DNA from: Nymphaea colorata
Lineage: Eukaryota
DNA: 64,000 bases
Direction of reading: 5' to 3'
Assembly: GCF_008831285.2 (NCBI RefSeq)
Contig: NC_045138.2
Location: 39,432,001 to 39,496,000, forward strand
Shown here one piece after another: positions 24,801 through 36,880 of the stretch (position 1 is its first letter; every line of letters starts with the position of its first letter). Under the pieces are notes generated by a model. It saw only the letters and a list, made by a program, of their open reading frames with translations. It ran no database searches and was not told where the DNA came from. Position numbers and translations under genes: made by a program.

Positions 24801-26589
24801 CTCCTTCGATGTTTTCTGCAACAACGACTGTTACCGACCCGTGCAAATGATAATTCGCACGGTTATTATTGTTCTCACCACTAACAGTGATTGTCGAAGC
24901 ACTACATTTGCTGTTAGACAAGTGATTTAATATAAAGAAAAATGTCTGCCCATCTGCCGCACGAAGCGATATTGTCATAAATTTTCAAATATTCATCTGC
25001 ATAGTTGGCCAAATGCTCAGCTCACTTGGGTTGAGATGTCCAACGCCAAGGTCCGGCATCATTACCGAATGAGGATTCTCGTCGCTAGTGATTGAACATC
25101 GACCATCCATTGACCCTCACCTCGAGAAGTCAAGTTGAGTGCCCAACCCTTGGTGGGCAGCGAGGGCATCGAGGGCGGGGTTGCTCGACCGCGCTTGCTG
25201 GAAAGCAAAGGTGGAAAATGCTGTCCTGTAACGTTAATGGAGTTCGGAACCTGACCCTTGCCGGGCAGTGAGGGCATCGAGGGTGGGGTGGCCGAGTTAA
25301 TATGGTTTTAAAATCACCTGAAAAACGCATGAAATATGGTTCTAAAATGCAGGAGATCATATTTAACAAACCAACCGAGAATCGACCGACTTAATGCTAG
25401 AAATTTCAAGTTTTCCCCTGGATTTGGACAACAATCCACTGGTTCAGTTTTGCGTCAAAATCTAGTCAAATGTTGTTGTTTTTTCATCAATTATCGATTA
25501 AAATCATTCCAAAATATCTATAAAAAAAAAGCACCATTTTAATCAAGTTGGAAACCCATGTTTGCATCAAAACTCATGAATTGCCAAGAGAATAGATCAA
25601 GAAGAACATATCCAGCACAGATAACAACGATTAATTGATCTCTCGACGTTTTTTTTTTTTTTTCTAAATCTTGTTTCAGAATCTTCTAAACCAGTCTTGA
25701 GACTCATTGAGTACAAAATGAATCAAAACAGACAGAAAATTTTGAGACTTCGCTTTAGAATCACCGTTGCACAATTTTCATGCAGGTTTCTGATATTTCA
25801 GGTTTTCGAATAAACTTTTGAGGCAAACAAAACAAAAATTAAACATCTTGATTGCCAACTGCTTAAGAAACTATCACAGATTATAAATCGAGTCAAACTA
25901 TCTTACTTTTCACCCTTGCAGATAGGGGCGACGCCCCAGCCACATAGGTCTCTTTTTTATTTTTTAAAAGTTTCACTTGAATTTAACGGGTCAGATTTGT
26001 AAACTAATCTCATATTTTAATGTTTCTTTATACAAAAGGGCTGTTTGTGAGCTTCCGGAAAAAATTAAGTGCTTACTTGAGTTGATTCAAAGGTTGAAGG
26101 CCTACTTGTTATTGGGGTTGTCCTTTGTAACTTTTTCGTTTGATTATTTACATATTGTGTGCCCCGTAATTACTTGCCTAATGTTTCTTAATCATTTTAT
26201 TATGTCTAATATTTTTTGAATGAATGTCCTTCGATAAAAAAAAAGAAAAAAAAAAAAGAATTCCTGGCTATGCCCTTGCCCCTAAGGCACAAGGTAATCC
26301 CATAGTAATTGATTCAAATCCATAAGCATGAGTTTCAGTGCAAGAGATCTTGTAGGACTTACCAATACCAATTAGTAGTATTACACAACAAAAGATCAAT
26401 TATTGGAAACAATTAGATCGGATCTTTCGCTCGTGCGCCTGTTCTGGATTTCGTTTTCTAGACCCACAATTTCCAAACGATGCACAGGCGAACTCATCGT
26501 CCTCAATGTATCTTTAAACATGTTCGAAGTTATCAATCAAACAAAGATTAGTTACAGCTCCATTTCTCCCAACTTCACATTGACGTTAG

Positions 26590-26922
26590 CGTGTCCAACT
26601 CTAAGGAAGATATCGACAGCTCAAGTAAGGTGACGATGATCATAAGAACAAGGTTGGCAAGATTTGTAATATAAATATGTAACAAAATATATTAGAAAAG
26701 GAGGGGAATTCCGATCCCAAGAGTCTCTCGTGTAAACGTATAAAATAGCTGGCTGTGTAACAATCATATCTGTTTTGTACTTTTATTGTCCTTAGATTTG
26801 TGAATGGAATGATCGAGCGTGAGTGAGCTCGTCCTCCATGGATGTAAGTTCAGTTCCCACGTTAATCAATAGCCTTCATTTCCTTCTATGTTTTCTTTAC
26901 TCTGATTTTCTTTGATCTAAAC
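26590..26922 (+). repeat. Degenerate solo-LTR-like remnant (related fragment at about 24430-24590)
   Basis: Shares ATCCCAAGA.TCTCTCG..TAAACG.AT.AAATA.CTGGCTGT with about 24520-24565. Carries a decayed TGGATGTA...CCACGT LTR motif and ends ...CTAAACA. Confidence 0.4.
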
Positions 26923-27433
26923 AGGAAATACTGTACATTTATGCTTGGATACACTTCTTTGAACTTAGCAAATATTCCAAACCACTGGACTCGAACAACA
27001 ACAAATCTTATTGTTCAAATCCATTAGCTACTTTTGGCTCGGCCCGATTGTCGACAAGTTGAGAGATCCGCTGGTGAGAGAACCCCTTCTATGCATAATC
27101 AGTGTGAACTTTCTTATTGCTCAACTACTTTTCTTGGAATAAAACCAAGTATAATATTATATATCGCCAAGCCATAAATAATATCCACATCAATGAATAA
27201 TTCACTTAAGCTGAGGGGCCACGAGATGAGCTACGCAACGGAAACAACATTGTTTGGGTGAATTGGAGGAGTATTTCATTGGTCGGGTAAGAATCTTGAT
27301 CTTCATATTAAAAAATTACATACCGCCCACTCAATGAGGTATAATGAATAAAATAGTTATCAAAGCTTGCATGAACTAAACTGATTGGAGGCTATACATT
27401 CCCTTCTAATTAATGATGGGTCCGTGATATGAA

Positions 27434-27566
27434 GGGTTTGTTTGATACAAGTAACATTGGTCACTATTTCATGAATCTGTCATCGAACACTTATTTAAAT
27501 AAGTGGACCATGAATATACACTAATATTTAGGAAAATTTCATTACACATTCATGCCAAACAACCCC
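27434..27566. mobile_element. Tourist/PIF-Harbinger-like MITE
   Basis: Imperfect TIRs GGGTTTGTTTG...CAAACAACCC; about 130 bp, AT-rich interior. Confidence 0.45.
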
Positions 27567-27683
27567 AAAGGGGTCTGACTCTAAACATACAACCTTGTAC
27601 ATTTAATTAAATGCAGTGTACCGCCCAAAATCTGAACAATATAAACGTCTCATTAATGCAATGCCGGCAGATGCATTTTCCAT

Positions 27684-30600
27684 GGAGATTGAGTTACAGA
27701 GTTGGGGTCTTTTAGAAATTTTTTATAAAGGTATATACTTTTTAAACTTTTGAACATTTTCATCATTTCATTTTTGTTCTTTTAAAAGTCTCCTTTTTTT
27801 TTTTTACTTTTTGGAGAACATTTTTACCATTTCAAGGTATGCAAGTAGCCAATTTCTTATTAATTGTAAAACAGACAATAAATTTACCTACGGAAAGGTG
27901 GGCAGAAAGCCATACAGGCCATAAAAGCGTATAGGCCCCTTGCCTTTAATACCGAAACTGGATATTTACAGGAAAAGAAAAATAAAATAATAGAAGGAGA
28001 CATACACATTGAAGAAATATTAGTTCTAACAATCAGATTGATCTTCTCCCATTTGTTGATTTAACTTGCCAAGGACGGGCGGGTCACCACTGTCTTTGTC
28101 AAATGGAACCATGCAGTTTCATGCAATGGTATGTAGCCGTAACATTAAGAGTTATTTGGCAGCAAAAAAACACTTTGGAAGTATTTCACGAAATTGAGGG
28201 ATATTCAAGAAGCAAATTAGTTTCGAGGAATCAAATTTGCCCTAAAGATTGAGGTAGGTTTATGAAATATTCACATAGCATTCCCGACATCATCAAATGA
28301 GCTCTTACAACCTGTTTGGGTGGAGAGAAACGAGTGGAAAGAAATGAAAATGGAAGAAAATGAAAGGGGACAAGATGTTTGGATGATGGAGAGGGAAAGA
28401 AAAGGTTAATAAAAGATTAAGCGTGTTTAGTTTGGAGAGAATGAAAATGAAAGCTCCCTTTTGTTTTCAAGCCCTCAAAAAACGGAGAGATTTGGATGGA
28501 AAGTTGAGGATTCTCTCCAAAATTCTCACGAGCCCAACCAACTGCCCATCGTCCTTTCCTTCTGCTTCGTCTAGTTAGAGCAGCCATTGCTGCTATCTCT
28601 GAGTGTCTCAGTGGCCATCGATAGAATATGGCCCCAATGGAGGATTCCTGAACGGCATCAAGACAAGAGGGGCTCTTAACAGCCAGATGCAGGCCCCATG
28701 ACAAGGACATCACTGCTGCCTCGATGGGGCTTGGTTTACAACTTATTGCTAATGACGTAGGGCTTATTTTGTGAATTTAATGAGAAAGTTTTATTGACCT
28801 TCGATCTTGGTTAAATTTTCCTTGCACATTATTTGTTGAGCATGAGCATGTATTTTTTTAGAACGATAAGTGCAACGACCAACATGATCTTACTTGACAA
28901 TTGTCATAAGTAGTTAGGTGCAGACCATGCAACAGAGATCTCTGTATTATGTCTCACACCTGGTAAATTTATGATGCAAGACTCTTGCAACAATTTTTTA
29001 ATAGTTTTAAGATTTTATGCAAATTTATATCATTTTTTTATTTTGTTAATTATTTTATACTTCTAAATGATTTTTCTAAAAAAATGCATTTTTAATCAAA
29101 TTTACTATTATAGATTGAAATGTCAAGTGTATTTTGCTGAATTGAGTGAAGCAATTGAGTAAAAATATTTTTATTTAGAGAATAAGTTGTTGAACGTTAG
29201 GTGTATTGTTGCAAAGCAATATCTTTTTCTTTTCTATATCTAATCTAAACAAACATGATATTAACAATTCATTTCTTTTTTTTTCTTTACTATTCGAACA
29301 AGCTTTACAAGAGTCTTTTTTTTTTCTCTTTCTTTTCTTTTCGTTTTCCACCTTTTCCTTCTCTTTCCTTTATAATCATCACACACACTGAAAAAGAAAA
29401 AAAAAAAAAAAGGCCAAACATCATGTCAGCAAGAGTGTCAAAATTTAAATGGCACCATTTTTGCACGGGTAAATGGAACAAACTTGATCAGCAAAAAATC
29501 AATGTTTCCTAATGTAGTGGAAAAACGTCGGGAAAAATATTAACCACACAACTTTTACTGACGTTCGCAGAGTAAAAGTTTTGCTAACATTTTAGTTATT
29601 TTTAGTGGTCAATTTCTTGCGTAAGAAAAGGCCCCCCTCTTTTTTTGGTAGTGAAAATAGTTGGTGGGGAAAAACTCGGGTCAGAAAACATTTATACTCG
29701 GTTTGCAATTCGAACTTAACCGTTAAGCCTAGATTTTGTGAGCCAATAAGATGTGTGTGTTTTAAAACTTGGTCCTCTTCAGGAAGAGCACAGACGCATA
29801 AGATTGCTACTTTGAAACTCGTTCCACCGTAGCCATAATCAACTTAATTTCGAATTTGCTGATCCCAACAATGCAGTTCTTCAACAACAACTCTTCGAGA
29901 CAACAAAAGGGTTCTTGACTAATGAACTAGGAAAGAGGCTTACAAACCAAATTAGACTCAAGCAACAACACAACACAACCAGCCAACAATTTTCCAGCCA
30001 CACACTATAGCATCACTTAGTGCTTACTTAATATTCCAAACCAAATTAGACTCAAGCAACAACACAAACTGAAACTATGATATCGAAATCGAGATGCAAA
30101 TAATTGAGTCACAAACCATTCGCTAACTTTCCCTTGGACCAGTTGTTCACAAGCTGCGCGATCTGCTGGTGAGACGAGCCCTTGTCCGCAAGTGCCTTGG
30201 TCACTACCTTGCTCAGCTCCCTTGCTCTCTTCCTTAGCTTCTCCCCCACCTCCCCATCCATCAGCACACTCACCCACTGAGCCACCTCCTCTCTCAGAAC
30301 CAGCCCCTTCTCATAACTCACACCCACTGCTACTCCCATCTCCTCCACCAACACCCGTGAGTTCATTCTCTGCTCCGCACACAGCGGCCACGCGATCATG
30401 GGCACCCCGCGTGCGATGCTCTCCAGTGTCGAGTTCCAGCCACAGTGTGAGAGGAACCCTCCAATGGCTTCATGGCTCAACACCTTCACCTGCGGCACCC
30501 ACTGCGGCACCACCATCCCCACATCGGCCGTCCTCTTCACGAACCCTTCTGGAAGAAAGCTCGTCACGTCGTCCGCTTGGGTTCCCCCTCCGCCGAAGTA

Positions 30601-31928
30601 TGCCGCATCGGTGACGTTGTTCGGCTTCCTCACCACCCAGAGGAATCGATGTCCGCTCGTTTCTAAACCCCATGCGAGCTCTACTAATTGATCCTGCGTC
30701 AACGTACACACACTCCCGAAGCACACGAACAACACGGAGTTTCGTGGCTGCATGTCCAACCACTTCAAGCAATCCTCTCCATCTATCTCCTCATTATTAT
30801 TCTCATCCTGTTTCTTGACAAGCGGACCAACAGGGTAGACTGGTGGAATGTTGCCACCATTGTCGCGACCCTGCATCAGTGCTCTGATTGCGTTGGGTTC
30901 AAGCTCGTGGACGGTGTTGATGATGATCCCGGTTGCCTCCTTGTATCGACGGCAATGGTGAAGGTACCACCAGTAGTCAATACCCTGACGGTCTAGCATC
31001 GGGTCAACCAGCTCCGTGCCTCGGAACGGCAGACAGCCGGGGAGCTTGACCTTGTCCTGCAGGTCCTTGTACTCTCCAACAACCTCCTCATGAAGGATGG
31101 GCGTGTATAGAAAGAGAGACAACACTGTGGCGTTGGTGGTGAAGAGGATGTAGGCGGGGAGCTCCAGCTCTGTGGTGACATCTAGTAGGTCTGTGCTTAA
31201 GATGTCGAGTATGACGGCTGCAATTGGCTGGATCTTGGGGAGGAGGTTTCGCACGGGTTCAACAGAGCGCTTCGTCAAGACAGAGATTCCGGTGACGACC
31301 CCAGTGTTGGGCGAGATGTCGGAATTGTCGACGGGAGGGAGGGAGATGCAATTGATATTGTTGGAATATTCGGACAAGATGGTCATAGCAGAGACGGGGA
31401 AGCGACCAGAGGCAGTGAGGAAGGACACGGTGAGAGAGTGAAGAGAGAGAAGGGTCTTAGCCAGCTCGATCATGGGGTTGAGATGACCGGTGCCGGCACT
31501 CGGGATCATGACGACATGAGGCTTCTGGTTGTTCTCCATCCTACAGGAGGCAAAGAACTTGTGTGCGGAGTTGAATATACAGAATCCTTTCCTCTCTTGA
31601 ACTCTATTTGATGGTAGTGCGTTTTGTCCATAGAGATGGGTGAGAGAAAGGATTTATAGGCGGGTTGAGGTGTAAGAAAACCCGAACTTGTTCATGAAAA
31701 TGTATAACATGTAATGTCCCGCTTTACAAAGAACTTATGTAAGGTTTTTTTACGTAGTTGGTTGTTCTTATTCGTTCATTTGAGATAAAAAGAAAAGCTC
31801 AGGAAGGGTGAGTTAGGATACGTCAAAAAGGGCATTGAGTTAGGGTTGGCTCGACCGCCATTGCTAGAAAGCAAAGGTTGAGAATGGTGTCTGGGAACGA
31901 TAATGGAGGTCGGGACCTGCCGGATATT
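27684..31928. repeat. Tandem duplication unit A (UGT plus flanks); paralogous to 31929-36365
   Basis: Starts GGAGATTGAGTT in both units; colinear non-coding similarity through the UGT and its promoter. Confidence 0.9.
30109..31539 (-). CDS. UDP-glycosyltransferase, UGT72-like, 476 aa, intronless
   Basis: PHVVMIPSAGTGHLNP and PSPG box WVPQVKVLSH...WPLCAEQ; uninterrupted ORF. Confidence 0.95.
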   Translation of the reverse strand: MENNQKPHVVMIPSAGTGHLNPMIELAKTLLSLHSLTVSFLTASGRFPVSAMTILSEYSNNINCISLPPVDNSDISPNTGVVTGISVLTKRSVEPVRNLLPKIQPIAAVILDILSTDLLDVTTELELPAYILFTTNATVLSLFLYTPILHEEVVGEYKDLQDKVKLPGCLPFRGTELVDPMLDRQGIDYWWYLHHCRRYKEATGIIINTVHELEPNAIRALMQGRDNGGNIPPVYPVGPLVKKQDENNNEEIDGEDCLKWLDMQPRNSVLFVCFGSVCTLTQDQLVELAWGLETSGHRFLWVVRKPNNVTDAAYFGGGGTQADDVTSFLPEGFVKRTADVGMVVPQWVPQVKVLSHEAIGGFLSHCGWNSTLESIARGVPMIAWPLCAEQRMNSRVLVEEMGVAVGVSYEKGLVLREEVAQWVSVLMDGEVGEKLRKRARELSKVVTKALADKGSSHQQIAQLVNNWSKGKLANGL

Positions 31929-33035
31929 GGAGATTGAGTTGTAAAGTTGAGGTATTTTAGAAACTTTTTATAAAGGTATATACATTTTAAACTTTTTAGA
32001 CTTTTAAACATTTTCATCATTTCATTTTTATTCTTTTACATTTTAAACTTTTTAGACTTTTAAACATTTTCATCATTTCATTTTTGTTCTTTTAAAAGTC
32101 TCCCTTTTTCTACTTTTCCCATAACATTTTTATCAATATACATTCATGCACATGGGTATGGAAGCATACTATTTCTTATTAATTGTAGACCAGACAATAA
32201 TTGTCCTTATGGAAAGGTGGGCGGAAAGCCATGGAGGCCATAAACGCGTGTAGACCCCTTGCCTTTGGATAGTTACAGGAAAAAAAAAAAAAGAAAAAAC
32301 CTTGACCAGAGATAAAGAGTAAAACCCATGCAAGCGCGCTAATGGATCGGTCTTGTGAGTGGAAACAATGAAAGAGGTTTTTGTGGCAAACAAATACTGA
32401 ACGCAGCACTAACTTAAGAAGGATGACTATTGACATATACATTGAAGAAATATTTGTTCTAACGATCAAAATGATCTGCTTCCATCTCTTGATTTAACTT
32501 GCAAAGGACTGGCGGGTCACCGGTGTTTTTGTCAAATGGAACCATGCAGTTCATGCAATGGCATGCAGCCGTTCCATTAAGAGTTGTTTTGCAGCAAGAA
32601 TATTTTTTAGAGTATTTCATGAAATTGAAGCATATTCAAGAAGCAAATATATTTTTTATGAATTTAATTTGTTTGAGATTGAGATAGATTCATGAAATAC
32701 TTATATAATGTTCTTGTCATCAAATGCCTCTTACAATCTGTTTGGTTGAAGAGAAACAAATGGAAAAGAAATGAAAGAAAAGGAAGAAGTATGTTTGGAT
32801 GGTGGGAAATGGAAAGTTTAACAAAAGGTTAAGTGTGTTTAGTTTGGAGGGAATGGAAAGGAGAAAAGAGAATGAAAATGAAAACTCGCTTTTGTTTTCA
32901 AGCCCTCCAAAAATAAAGAGATTTGGACGGACAGTTGAGGATTCTCTCCAAAAGTCTCACATGCCCAACTACCCATCGTCTTTTCCTTCTAGACCTTCTC
33001 TTTGTCGTCTAGTTAGAGCAATCATTGCTGCTATC

Positions 33036-33371
33036 TCTGAGTATCTTAGTTGCCACCGACATAATATGGCCCCAGTGGGGACCCTTGATGGTCATCATGA
33101 CAACAGAAGTTCAGGCCCTTCTGAGTGTCTCAGTTGCCATCGATATAATATAGCCCCAATGAGAACCCTTGATGGTCATCATGACAACAGGAGTTCAGGT
33201 CCCTCTAAGTGTCTCAGTTGCCATCGATATAATATGGCCCCAATGGGGACCCTTGATGGTCATCATGACAACAGGGGTTCAGGCCCCTCTGAGTGTCTCA
33301 ATTGCCATCGATATAATATGGCCCCAAAAAGGACCATTGATGGTCATCATGACAACAGGGGTTCAAGCCCC
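33036..33371. repeat. Minisatellite, 4 x 84 bp
   Basis: Units start TCT(G/A)AGT at 33036, 33120, 33204 and 33288. Only one copy at the paralogous site near 28598. Confidence 0.95.
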
Positions 33372-33434
33372 ATGACAAGGACCTAACTGCTGCCTCGATG
33401 GGATATAATTCGCAAATTATTGTTAATAAAGGTA

Positions 33435-33742
33435 TGTAACAACATAAGGACTAAATTTTATGGGGTGTTACAATCCACTCTTCTTAAGGCACACTTATCC
33501 GTCGTATAGGACTACAAGTTCGAGTGTTGAACCGGCTCTGATACCATTATAACGACTCAACCCATTCTCGAACTCGGGCCCCTGGTTCGGTGGATCCCGA
33601 CACACCTCTCTAGCAGTTTTAGTTACAATATCAAAAAGATTAAAAACCAAAACAATCATCTCATTAATTACATTCATTTATAAGCCTTTGAAGATTTCTA
33701 TCAATCTTAAATATGAAAATAAACCTGAGATGTGGTGTTACA
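33435..33742 (-). mobile_element. TRIM-like miniature LTR retroelement
   Basis: Minus strand: LTR TGTAACACC...GTCGTTATA (33742-33548), PBS TGGTATCAGAGC (33546-33535), about 60 bp internal region ending in PPT AAGAAGAGTGGAT, short LTR TGTAACACCCC...GTTGTTACA (33472-33435). Absent from unit A. Confidence 0.75.
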
Positions 33743-34650
33743 AGTAGGGTTTATTTTATCAATTAAATGAAAAGGTATTTTTAAACCTTCGATCTTGGTT
33801 AAATTTTCCTTGCACATTATTTGTTAAGCATGAGCATGTTTTGTTAGTATGATATGTGAAATGAGCAACAAAGATCTTGCTTGACAATTGTCATGAGTAG
33901 TTAGGTGCGGACCCTGCATAGGATCATTGCATTATGTCTTACACAAATCACACCATGTTAGCTGCAAATATCATGTCAGCAAGAGTGACAAAATTTTAGT
34001 GACACTTTGTTTGCAGCGGTAAAAGGAACAAACATCATAACTCTTTTTTAGTAACAGTTTTTTTTTTTTTTGTCAGGAAAAATTAATGTTTGTTAATGCA
34101 GTGGAAAAACGTGAAAAAATATTAGCCACACAACTTTTACCAACGTTCCTAGAGTAAAAGTTTTTCCAAAATTTTAGTTATTTTTAGTGGCCAATTTCTT
34201 GCTTAAGTAAAAGTCCTTTTCTTTTGTAGTGAAAACAGTTAAGGGGAAAAACTCGGATGAGAAAACATTTATACTCAGTTTGCATTCGAACTTAACCGTT
34301 AAGCTTAGATTTTGTGAGACAATAAGATGCTAAAGCTTTAAAACTTGGTCCACTTCACAAAGAGCTCAAACGCGAAAGATTGCTATTTAGAAACTCATGC
34401 TACCATGCCATTATCAACTTATTTTCGAAATTGCTTGGTCCCAACAAATCAACTCTTATAAACAAGAAAAGGGTACTGAATTGAAATAGGAAAAGTGGCC
34501 TACAACTCCACCACCAGCCAGAGGATTCAACGTAGCATTCCAACACATACTATAGCTTCACTTTGAGATCACTTAATGTTCCAAACGAAAGTAGATTCAG
34601 GTTACAACGCAAACTCAAACTATTCTCTGGAAATCGACATGCAAATTCAG

Positions 34651-36081
34651 TCATAAATCATTTGCTATGTTTCCCTTGGTCCAGATGTCCACAAGCTGTG
34701 CGATCCGCTGGTGAGACAAGCCCTTCCCCACAAGTGCCTTAGTCACCACCTTGCTCAGCTCACTTGCTCTCTTCCTTAACTTCTCCCCCACCTCCCCATC
34801 CATCAGCACCCTCACCGCCTGAGCCACCTCCTCCCTCCGCACCAGCCCCTTCTCATAACTCACACCCACTGCTACACCCATCTCCTCCACCAACATCCGC
34901 GAGTTCATTTTCTGCTCCGCAAACAGCGGCCACGCGATCATGGGCACCCCGCGAGCGATGCTCTCCAGTGTTGAGTTCCAGCCGCAGTGTGAGAGGAACC
35001 CTCCAATGGCTTCATGGCTCAACACCTTAACCTGCGGCGCCCATTCCGGCACCACCATCCCCACATCTGCCATACTCTTCACGAACCCTTCTGGAAGAAA
35101 CCTTGTCACATCGTCCGCCTGGGTTCCCCCTTGGCCGAAGTAGCCAGCATGGACGACATTGTGCGGCTTCTTCACCACCCAGAGGAATCGATGTCCGCTC
35201 GTTTCTAGCCCCCAAGCGAGCTCTACTAATTGCTCCTGCGTCAATGTACCCCCACTCCCCATGCACACGAACAACACGGAGTTTCGTGGCTGCATGTCCA
35301 ACCACTTCAAGCAATCCTCTACATTGATCTCCTTATTATTATCTTCATCCTGTATCTTGACAAGCGGACCAACAGGGTAGACTGGGGGAAAGTTGCCACC
35401 ATTGTCGCGACCTTGCATCAATGCGCTGATTGCGTTGGGTTCAAGCTCGTCGACGGTGTTGATGATGATCCCGGTTGCCTCCTTGTATCGACGGCAATGG
35501 TGAAGGTACCACTCGTATTCAATATCCTGACGGTCTTGCATCGGGTGTACGAGCTCTGTGCCCCGGAAGGGCAGACAGCCCGGGATTTTGACCGTGTCCT
35601 GCAGGTCCTTGTACTCTCCAACAAGCTCCTCGTGGAGGATGGGCGTGTATAGAAAGAGAGACAACGCTGTGGCGTTCGAGGTGAAGAGGATGTAGACGGG
35701 GAGCTCAAGCTCTGTGGCGACATCTAGTAGGTCTGTGCAGAACATGTCGAGTATGAAGGCTGCAATTGGCTGGATCTTGGGTAGGAAGTTTCGCAAGGGT
35801 TCAACGGAGCGCTTCGTCAAGACAGAGATTCCGGTGACGACCCCAGTGTTCGGCGAGATGTCGGAATTGTTGACGGGAGGGAGGGAGATGCAATTGACAT
35901 TGTTGGAATACTCGGACAATATGGTGATTGCAGAGGCGGGGAAGTGACCAGAGACCGTGAGGAAGGACACGGTGAGAGAGTGAAGAGAGAGAAGGGTCTT
36001 AGCCAGCTCGATCATGGGGTTGAGATGGCCGGTGCCGGCACTCGGGATCATGACGACATGAGGCTTCTGGTTGTTCTCCAT
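34651..36081 (-). CDS. UDP-glycosyltransferase, UGT72-like, 476 aa, intronless
   Basis: PHVVMIPSAGTGHLNP, CMGSGGT and PSPG box WAPQVKVLSH...WPLFAEQ; uninterrupted ORF. Confidence 0.95.
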   Translation of the reverse strand: MENNQKPHVVMIPSAGTGHLNPMIELAKTLLSLHSLTVSFLTVSGHFPASAITILSEYSNNVNCISLPPVNNSDISPNTGVVTGISVLTKRSVEPLRNFLPKIQPIAAFILDMFCTDLLDVATELELPVYILFTSNATALSLFLYTPILHEELVGEYKDLQDTVKIPGCLPFRGTELVHPMQDRQDIEYEWYLHHCRRYKEATGIIINTVDELEPNAISALMQGRDNGGNFPPVYPVGPLVKIQDEDNNKEINVEDCLKWLDMQPRNSVLFVCMGSGGTLTQEQLVELAWGLETSGHRFLWVVKKPHNVVHAGYFGQGGTQADDVTRFLPEGFVKSMADVGMVVPEWAPQVKVLSHEAIGGFLSHCGWNSTLESIARGVPMIAWPLFAEQKMNSRMLVEEMGVAVGVSYEKGLVRREEVAQAVRVLMDGEVGEKLRKRASELSKVVTKALVGKGLSHQRIAQLVDIWTKGNIANDL

Positions 36082-36880
36082 CCCACAGGAGACAAAGAAC
36101 TTACGTCGCGGAGATGAATATACAGCAAGTAAAACAGTATCCTTTCCTCTTGAGCTCTATTTGATGGTAGTGCGTTTTGTTCGTATACATAGTTGAGAGA
36201 AGGGATTTATAGGCGGGTTGAGGTTGTACATGATATCGAAGAGAACCCGAACATGTTCATGGAAATGTATAACTGGTACTATCCAGATAGATTTAAAAAA
36301 TTTAGTCTCAAATTTAATTGGGGACTTATGAAAGGTTTTTTTAACTGGTTGGTTGTTTTGAATCCGGTATGAGAGAGAATAGGGTCGTTTCATAATATGC
36401 TCAACTACTTTAATTGGATTTAAAATATTCGAACAACGAGTTGAATTCGAACAAAAAAAGATTCTAGATTCTTTTATGCATAATTGTTGTCTCACCCTGC
36501 AGAGCTAATCGGTACATGATTCTTTTTCGTTAAAGTAAGTCCAAAAGCGGTACGTGATTCTTGTTCTTTATGAATGGGTTCCTGGTAGAAGACCAAAACA
36601 AATATATCTCTTAGTTTGCAGGCACACTGTTTCTCTAACGAAGTGGGATGGGACCACAATTTCCCGGCAGTGCAGCATCGGAAGTTATAATCAATATCCA
36701 TGTATATAATCATATTTACGCCACGGATCCACATATATAAAAGCACTAATATTATTCCTGGACAGAACAAAGTGTCCAACTTACCTTTTATTCTTCATAT
36801 AATGAAAAGTAGCAATTATGAATGTCAAAGCGAATCTTGTTATGTGCTTTTTTGGTGGTGCCCTTATTGATTATAAGTAA

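Larger units (their letters stand above)
31929..36365. repeat. Tandem duplication unit B
   Basis: Paralog of 27684-31928 with an added 84-bp repeat expansion and a TRIM-like insertion. Confidence 0.9.

Noticed and set aside
33036..33371. Multi-haem cytochrome c from repeated CxxCH
   Set aside because: The motif comes from DNA-level repetition of one 84-bp intergenic unit. There is no targeting signal and the ORF is absent at the paralogous site.
20235..36081. C-glycosyltransferase (UGT708) identity
   Set aside because: No N-terminal DPF(F) motif; the sequence motifs resemble UGT72B instead.
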